A stretch of DNA of 31,634 bases from a virus (taxonomy: Duplodnaviria; Caudoviricetes). Position 1 is the first letter of the stretch, and each line of letters starts with the position of its first letter. The position numbers and the translations under genes are program-made. Location: the IMG/VR virus record IMGVR_UViG_3300032221_000120, positions 1 through 31,634 of that record, one strand, 5' to 3'. The notes below the pieces were generated by a model. That model was not told the origin of the DNA. It worked only from the letters and a program-made list of their open reading frames with translations, and made no database searches. Positions 27,301 through 31,634 of the stretch are shown here, in pieces.

Positions 27301-28432
27301 CGTCCAGCGCCCATAGGTTGCCAGCCTGCGCGATTGCGTACATCGCATTCGCCTTCTTTTGGTAGCCGGAGTTTGCGCCTGTCAGGCCGCCCGCGATGGT
27401 GGGAGGCATGGTGATCCCGTCCGCACCCATCGTCTTCCATTGGCCACCAAGCGGAGAACCAGACTCCCAGCGAGGTTGCCCCTGCGAGTGATGGCCTTTG
27501 CCTCCTGGCTTCGCGCCTGCCGCGTCCTTCTTGACCGCGCCATTCATTTCGCTGAGCAGGTCTTGCAGGATCGCCTTGTCATGCTCGCGGTTAAGCATCT
27601 GCTTGGCGTTGCTGAGCGGAGCCAGACGCACCGCCTGCGACTCCCAGCCCATGTCCTTTGGCGTGCCGCCGACACGCTGCGCGATGAACATGCGCGCTTT
27701 ACTGGTGTCGCGTTCGTAATCACCAAGCACGCCAGTGATGCGCACCTTTAGCCCGGTCTCTTCGTAGGCTTCCTTGATCGCGTTCGCCTGCAAAGACAGC
27801 CCAGGCTCGGCGGTCCCCTTCGGGTACGTGTTCACATAGCCACCGAAAGAATTGGTTGGGCGAGTGAGCCAGACCCGACCATCAGCCTCGAGGATCAGGA
27901 CGCCCGCGCCGGTCTTCTTGGTCGGGTGCGGTTCGAAAGGCACGTCCGCGTCAAGCTTCGGATTCTGGCCCGGCACCTTTGCCCAGCCGTCCGTGGTGGT
28001 GGGAGCCTTCCAAGAGCGGAGCGCGACGCCATTGAGCGCTTCGGGTGTTTCGCTGCCAGGGGTGAAGGTCGCGGTCTGCTTGCCATCCGCCCAGGTGGAA
28101 GCCGGGCTGGCCTTGTTCGGATAGTCGATGGTGACCGGCTGGCCTTTGTCGTTTGCCTTTGGGTGGGGCTTGGCGCCCTTCGGCGCTGGCTTAGGCCCTG
28201 GTGCGGCAGACCCAAAGAGCGAGCCGCTGTAGCCGCCCACAGCCGGCCCAGCAGAGGTTCCTTTCGGCGCGAATTGCCCACCCTTGTTGCTGCCGGCAGG
28301 CCAGCGATTCCAGTTGGCTTTGTCGAGGACGCATGCCGGATTGCTCTTCGCTTTAAGCAGTGCGAGACTGGCCCGACCAAGCGCGAGGCTCGCGCTAATT
28401 TCCGCCACGAGAGAGTCTTGATCTTCAGCCAC
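24356..28432 (-). CDS. Multi-enzyme (polyvalent-type) phage protein: Nudix hydrolase + PI3K/HipA-like kinase + WGR domain + VIP2-like ADP-ribosyltransferase
   Basis: Nudix box PKG...KEAYEETGL; kinase GSNPGG..WIVK..NEVLA..WLANYDVIG..DN..IDPG; WGR SKFW..HWGKIGTDG..EKKKGGY; ART LRR..FEST..EKEVVM; GTG start with GGAGG RBS. Confidence 0.85.
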   Translation of the reverse strand: MAEDQDSLVAEISASLALGRASLALLKAKSNPACVLDKANWNRWPAGSNKGGQFAPKGTSAGPAVGGYSGSLFGSAAPGPKPAPKGAKPHPKANDKGQPVTIDYPNKASPASTWADGKQTATFTPGSETPEALNGVALRSWKAPTTTDGWAKVPGQNPKLDADVPFEPHPTKKTGAGVLILEADGRVWLTRPTNSFGGYVNTYPKGTAEPGLSLQANAIKEAYEETGLKVRITGVLGDYERDTSKARMFIAQRVGGTPKDMGWESQAVRLAPLSNAKQMLNREHDKAILQDLLSEMNGAVKKDAAGAKPGGKGHHSQGQPRWESGSPLGGQWKTMGADGITMPPTIAGGLTGANSGYQKKANAMYAIAQAGNLWALDDSVMNLQHAKEKWASGQKVTSHVKWNAQLHQYAAHLLTEKKAQPKAAATAAAISGPAKLSDLTKVGAKPGGSNPGGLYQDANGNKWIVKGSNNPPATEQAKNEVLAAKLMQAVGAGAPDMMLVDLEGQYGGGIGVASKVIGDVKALGSSQAHLAAAQADFAVHAWLANYDVIGLSKDNTVIGADGKAINIDPGGALLYRAQGAPKGDAFGTKAVEFNSLRGPVSGLPANQQAWSVYGSMTASQIVESAKKLEAIDDATIQKMVASYGPGNEAQKAALAAKIIARKADVLASAKAMAKAEASIPQWMMGTAPTPQAPAQASASEPAKPVLQTIYQNTNPGHSKFWAVSVSGNKVATHWGKIGTDGTVTVKEYANTIEAKNAAAKLESEKKKGGYSLKTLKGAPPKVLSALDASAPKPATERTPAAAAPTTTSAPAPAASTTMPKPVFKDTVPGAAEAWGKLSNLATKMYGAGDAEGLNSILQADKVMGLTIQGAGLNAKNFNAYAQKLLEDLDSKKATALQAKINSDALTPKAVPQPGAKTANMPSMPIFDSSKLPASNTNAPSHNKKVDQIQAAAMAGDAKAILGMNFGSNTYGHKQAKLANDALAALGIGEKVAAGQKANSHKALFGGMAPADAADLLVSQNKPIPKPPQVPGATAVKLDTTKLATKPVFVTSNQAVKKENEHHAEVLYQFARNGDLANLKSYDKFSQQSQKLTQFKQDLIQELEVQLFPPRPKAGVHKNAPPIAAALSPSIAIAAHSEHFPPVKTSQASAVAAHNKAASFVLLGKTDAATVKSAYTAKGAWKGKLPEHVKEQHNTHAKALPKSVQDGIHKYSTNWAYGANDKMRNKGEITSDIVKVSEAMHAGILPLPEGTQLRRMMSISGGSLKQIQALQSGDIIQSPQFESTGESGGYGSGMSVEMRLVTTIGVKGLWIGDTLAAYSTEKEVVMPENARYAVNRVFTENGRTIIEALILPTVKGSLK

Positions 28433-28444
28433 GGAAGAGCCTCC

Positions 28445-28484
28445 AAACGAGAAAGGCCCGTCAAGTGCGCGACTTGACGGACCT
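28445..28484 (-). terminator. Hairpin / terminator-like attenuator directly upstream of the 1358-aa gene
   Basis: AGGTCCGTCAAGT-CGCGC-ACTTGACGGGCCT-TTCTCGTTT: 13-bp stem with one U-G pair and an interrupted U tract. Confidence 0.6.
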
Positions 28485-28569
28485 CGCCATCTACAAGGAA
28501 TTGGTGGCCCTTAGCCAGAGCCTTGAACGCATGGCGGCCAGGGCGATGTCCCCGGCCTCAGAGACCGCG

Positions 28570-28872
28570 TTACGCGCTGCTGCGCTGGCGATTCGAAAGC
28601 TTGCGAGCGCAGTTTTTAAGCGCGGTCTCTAGCCAGAAATAGAGACGGAGAGTGATCGGCATGGTGAAGCGCGCCTGGACCCACAGCCCGTCGAGCCCGA
28701 CCATCGGCTGATAGCCTTTGGACAATAGCCAATCACCCGCCGCTCTGGTTGTATCGAAGGTCGCCACAAGTCCGTCCGAGCCATAAAGGTTGACGCGGAA
28801 CGGGCCGAATGGCGGCTCGTCCATGCGATGCTCGACGCGAATTACTGGCGGTGGTTCTTTAAGCGTAAGCAC
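28570..28872 (-). CDS. Hypothetical protein, 100 aa
   Basis: GAGGGAG RBS before the ATG; fills the gap in the operon direction. Confidence 0.6.
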   Translation of the reverse strand: MLTLKEPPPVIRVEHRMDEPPFGPFRVNLYGSDGLVATFDTTRAAGDWLLSKGYQPMVGLDGLWVQARFTMPITLRLYFWLETALKNCARKLSNRQRSSA

Positions 28873-28959
28873 ATGCGTTCTCCCTCGTCCGTGCGCGCGA
28901 ACAAATGCGCAGGGTTTGGAGTCGCATCAACGAGTTATTGCGTCAGTGCTCAGACAGCG

Positions 28960-29412
28960 TCATTCGTTGCTGGGTTTTACCCGAATGGTGCTGATTGGTA
29001 TGCGCTGCCCGCGAGGGTTCTTCACGTCGCGGTTCTCGATAGTCATCGCAATCTTCGAGCCGTCGCTGTGGTGCATCGAGTAGCGATTTAGCCCCTTCGC
29101 GGCGTCGTATGAGGCAGAGCGCACGCGCCAGCCGGCCCGCGTCAGACCGTTCTTCACCTCAAAGCCCGCGTTTGCTGCGCCGCCAGTGATGATCCGCTGG
29201 AAGCCGTCGCCGAAATCTTTGAACCCGGCCTGCTTCAAAGACGCCTTTGCCTTCGTGCCGACAGCGCCAGTGCCGGCGCCGGGCTTCTTTCCTTCATTCG
29301 GAATGCCGTCGCCGTCCCCGTCACCAGGAATACGTCGTTTGCCAGATTTTGAGCCGGCCTTCTCTAACCCAATGTTCAGCTTCGCCAGACGGACGGACAG
29401 ATCGTCGGACAT
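28960..29412 (-). CDS. Basic hypothetical protein with DxDxDG motif (candidate internal head protein)
   Basis: Starts immediately after the MuF stop with GGAGG RBS; PGDGDGDGIPNEG motif; Lys-rich. Confidence 0.72.
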   Translation of the reverse strand: MSDDLSVRLAKLNIGLEKAGSKSGKRRIPGDGDGDGIPNEGKKPGAGTGAVGTKAKASLKQAGFKDFGDGFQRIITGGAANAGFEVKNGLTRAGWRVRSASYDAAKGLNRYSMHHSDGSKIAMTIENRDVKNPRGQRIPISTIRVKPSNE

Positions 29413-30522
29413 TTAGCCCTCCTGAAGGTCGGACGCTTCCCACATGCGAATCACCATAGTGCAGCGGCAATTCGGGTGGGCTGGTGGCATGGACATAGGC
29501 CCTTTTGGCGTAGCGAATGGCTGCCCCTGCTTCACGCCCACCTTCGGGTTCAAGCGCGGGATCGGCGCGCATATTTCGCACAGCCGCTCGTCGCGAGCAA
29601 CAATCCATTGCCGACGCACCAATGACTCGGAGACCTTGCCGGACTCAATCGCCTGCCGCCACGCTTCCTGGATGCCCATGTTGTTGGCCCGGATCGCCTC
29701 CGTGCGCGCGATGGTCCTGGCCCTAAACGCCTTGTACTTGCGCGCATAGGCCGCGACCATCTTGTCGATCTGCTCCGGGGTGAGGGGCTTGCTGGTTTGC
29801 ATGGCGCGCTGCAATTGCCCGTCATACCGGAAGTCGCGGAGTCTGCGTTCGGTGATCCCGTCCATGGGCAAGCCATCATCATCAGGCCGAAAGACCTGGG
29901 TGCCGTTCACCTTGTCCGGCTTGCTGCCGACCGAGTAACCGCCGCCTGTCCTGCGCTGGTGGAACGTCTCAAGCTCGCGACGGTAGTTCGCGACGGCTTG
30001 GGACTGCTTCTCCGTGAGCCCCACCACCTGCTTGATCTGGCGCGCGACGTCCTTTGGGTTTGCACCCTCGTTCATCCCTGCGATCAAGTAAGTGCGGATG
30101 CCCTCGCGCGTTGAGTCGCTGATCTGGCGGATCAGCCCGAGCGAGTAGGTTTGGAGCCACCGGATCAAGGTCGGGTTCAGCCGGTCAAAGGCGAAGGCGG
30201 CCCCTGTGACGCGGGGGGCGATAAGCCCGGCTGTCAGGGCGCCGGCTGAGTAGACCCCGTCCTGCAGCGCGTCGGTCGTGGCGGCCATGGCAGGCACGGC
30301 GGCCTCCATGGAGAGCAGCGCCACCACGCGGGCTATATCGCCGGACTCCAAGGCGGCCACCAGGGCATCAATAGGTACCGCGTCGCCCATAGCCTCGAGC
30401 CCCTGGGCGACGGCCTTAGCCAGCCTGGGCTCGAGCCGGGCGATCAGTGCCTCGAGCGCCTCGGACCCGCCTGCCTTCTGCACGGGGCGAAGGCGATGGC
30501 TCGGCTGCAAAAAAAGTGTCAT
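29413..30522 (-). CDS. Head morphogenesis protein (Mu gpF / SPP1 gp7-like, MuF)
   Basis: RARTIARTE, RRQWIVARDERLCEIC, PPAHPNCRC. Confidence 0.92.
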   Translation of the reverse strand: MTLFLQPSHRLRPVQKAGGSEALEALIARLEPRLAKAVAQGLEAMGDAVPIDALVAALESGDIARVVALLSMEAAVPAMAATTDALQDGVYSAGALTAGLIAPRVTGAAFAFDRLNPTLIRWLQTYSLGLIRQISDSTREGIRTYLIAGMNEGANPKDVARQIKQVVGLTEKQSQAVANYRRELETFHQRRTGGGYSVGSKPDKVNGTQVFRPDDDGLPMDGITERRLRDFRYDGQLQRAMQTSKPLTPEQIDKMVAAYARKYKAFRARTIARTEAIRANNMGIQEAWRQAIESGKVSESLVRRQWIVARDERLCEICAPIPRLNPKVGVKQGQPFATPKGPMSMPPAHPNCRCTMVIRMWEASDLQEG

Positions 30523-30607
30523 GGGCTTGATAATTCCTCTTGCTGCGCTTGGGCGATCACGGTAATCGTATCAGCACGGTGATAAACCGAACAAAGGAGA
30601 AAGCCAA

Positions 30608-31483
30608 ATGCCTTACCAGCTTAGTGATACCCAAATGCGCGTGCTGACGCTAGGAAGTGAGCACCCCGAACATTTGGCGCTTGCGCCAAAGCACCTGCCT
30701 GCTGCTGCCTGCCGGGCGGTGGTGAACAGCCTGCTCAAAAGCCGGCTTTTGATCGAGGTGCCGGCGCCGCCCCAGCCTCGCCTTCTTAAGTACCAAGCCA
30801 TGATCTGGCGCCACGGCGATCCGCAGACATGCACAGAAACAGACGCAGTCACTCGGACGCCCTACATGCTGAAGGTGACCGACGAGGGCCTGCGCGCCAT
30901 CGGCATCGACCCAAACGAGGGCGACGCGCAGCCCGGCGAGCCTGACTGTTCCGGCATCGAGGGCAGCGTGCCAGAAGGCACCAAGGTGGTGGTGATCGAC
31001 CCGCTCACGAAGCTGGACCCACCTGCCGCTCCGGCCTTGCCGGTCTTAAAGGTGACTGCGGTCTCCGACACCACACTGACGGTTCTCCCTGGCATGCGGC
31101 TCAGCCTCCGCGAGGCTGCGCAAGCGCTGCTCGATGAAATCGAGCACCAGGGGGTGCCGGGTCTCGGCAAATGGACTGACGCCCTTAACGCAGCCCTGGC
31201 GGAGAAGCGAGCCACAGCCGCGCCACGGGCGCCCAGGGCGGACTCCAAGCAGGAAGCGGTCCTCACCATGCTGCGCCGCGCCGAGGGCGCCACGGTGGCC
31301 CAAATCGCCGAGGCGATGGGCTGGCAGCAGCACACGGTTCGCGGGTTCCTGGCGGGGCTGAAGAAGCGCCCAGGCATCACGCTTGAGATCGCCGACCGGG
31401 TTCGCATGGTCGGCCCGAACAAGACCGGCGCCAAAGGCTCCTACACGGTCTACCGGGTTGCAGCCCAGGAGGCGGGGCAATGA
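30608..31483 (+). CDS. DUF3489-like winged-helix protein
   Basis: N-terminal LSDTQ..L; C-terminal SKQEAVLTMLRRAEGATVAQIAEAMGWQQHTVRGFL; AAGGAG RBS. Confidence 0.85.
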   Translation: MPYQLSDTQMRVLTLGSEHPEHLALAPKHLPAAACRAVVNSLLKSRLLIEVPAPPQPRLLKYQAMIWRHGDPQTCTETDAVTRTPYMLKVTDEGLRAIGIDPNEGDAQPGEPDCSGIEGSVPEGTKVVVIDPLTKLDPPAAPALPVLKVTAVSDTTLTVLPGMRLSLREAAQALLDEIEHQGVPGLGKWTDALNAALAEKRATAAPRAPRADSKQEAVLTMLRRAEGATVAQIAEAMGWQQHTVRGFLAGLKKRPGITLEIADRVRMVGPNKTGAKGSYTVYRVAAQEAGQ

Positions 31484-31634
31484 GCCCCGAGATGCTCCAA
31501 GTGCTCAAGCGTCTTGAGCGCGCTGCCGCCAACAGGGAAAACCACGCGGGTGATCCCAGCAACCTTTTCGTGGTGAAAGCCGAGTTGCGGGAGGCAGCCG
31601 AAGCCGCCCGCGTCCTGATCCAAAAGGTGGAGGC
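31480..31634 (+). CDS. Hypothetical protein, partial (runs off the window)
   Basis: ATGA overlap with the DUF3489 stop, AGGAGG RBS, open to the window end (MSPEMLQVLKRLERAA...). Confidence 0.6.
   Translation, partial: MSPEMLQVLKRLERAAANRENHAGDPSNLFVVKAELREAAEAARVLIQKVE

Larger units (their letters stand above)
109..30522 (-). mobile_element. Siphovirus-type phage / prophage morphogenesis module
   Basis: Collinear head, neck, tail and fibre genes on one strand with tight translational coupling. Confidence 0.95.

Noticed and set aside
30509-30515. T7 run at the start of MuF as a phase-variation or frameshift site
   Set aside because: Short run, reading frame intact, no useful alternative frame
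109-30522. Gene transfer agent or contractile tailocin
   Set aside because: No sheath or baseplate wedge genes; long tape measure, MuF, HNH and accessory cargo indicate a true siphophage
175-30565. Many plus-strand ORFs (e.g. 1768..2637, 15055..15741, 20887..21972, 22348..23181)
   Set aside because: Antisense shadows of well-supported minus-strand genes in high-GC DNA; no motifs recognised
1-31634. CRISPR array, tRNA or rRNA genes
   Set aside because: No regularly spaced repeats or cloverleaf-like sequence seen; intergenic gaps are short

Overview
High-GC dsDNA tailed-phage (or prophage) late region, almost entirely on the minus strand and read right to left. Order: MuF/gp7-like head morphogenesis protein, two small ORFs, a 1358-aa multi-enzyme protein (Nudix, PI3K/HipA-like kinase, WGR, VIP2-like ADP-ribosyltransferase) with an acidic partner ORF, XkdF-like prohead protease split over two in-frame ORFs with a nested scaffold start, decoration protein, major capsid, head-tail connectors, tail tube, tail chaperone with a -1 frameshift, tape measure, Dit, DUF1833, NlpC/P60, J-like central fibre, two further tail proteins with an HNH endonuclease wedged between them, and a tail fibre with a Cys-rich tip. 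That fibre is followed by a 306-aa unknown ORF, a radical SAM/SPASM enzyme, a dNMP-kinase-like ORF and a holin-like ORF. No sheath gene is seen, so this is siphovirus-type. A divergent plus-strand DUF3489-like gene sits at the right end; terminase, portal and endolysin are not in the window. The best candidate for a new system is the tail fibre / 306-aa / radical SAM-SPASM cassette, which looks like RiPP-style post-translational modification of a virion receptor-binding protein. The second is a protease-processed, head-packaged multi-enzyme cargo. All family calls come from recognising motifs by eye, not from database searches.
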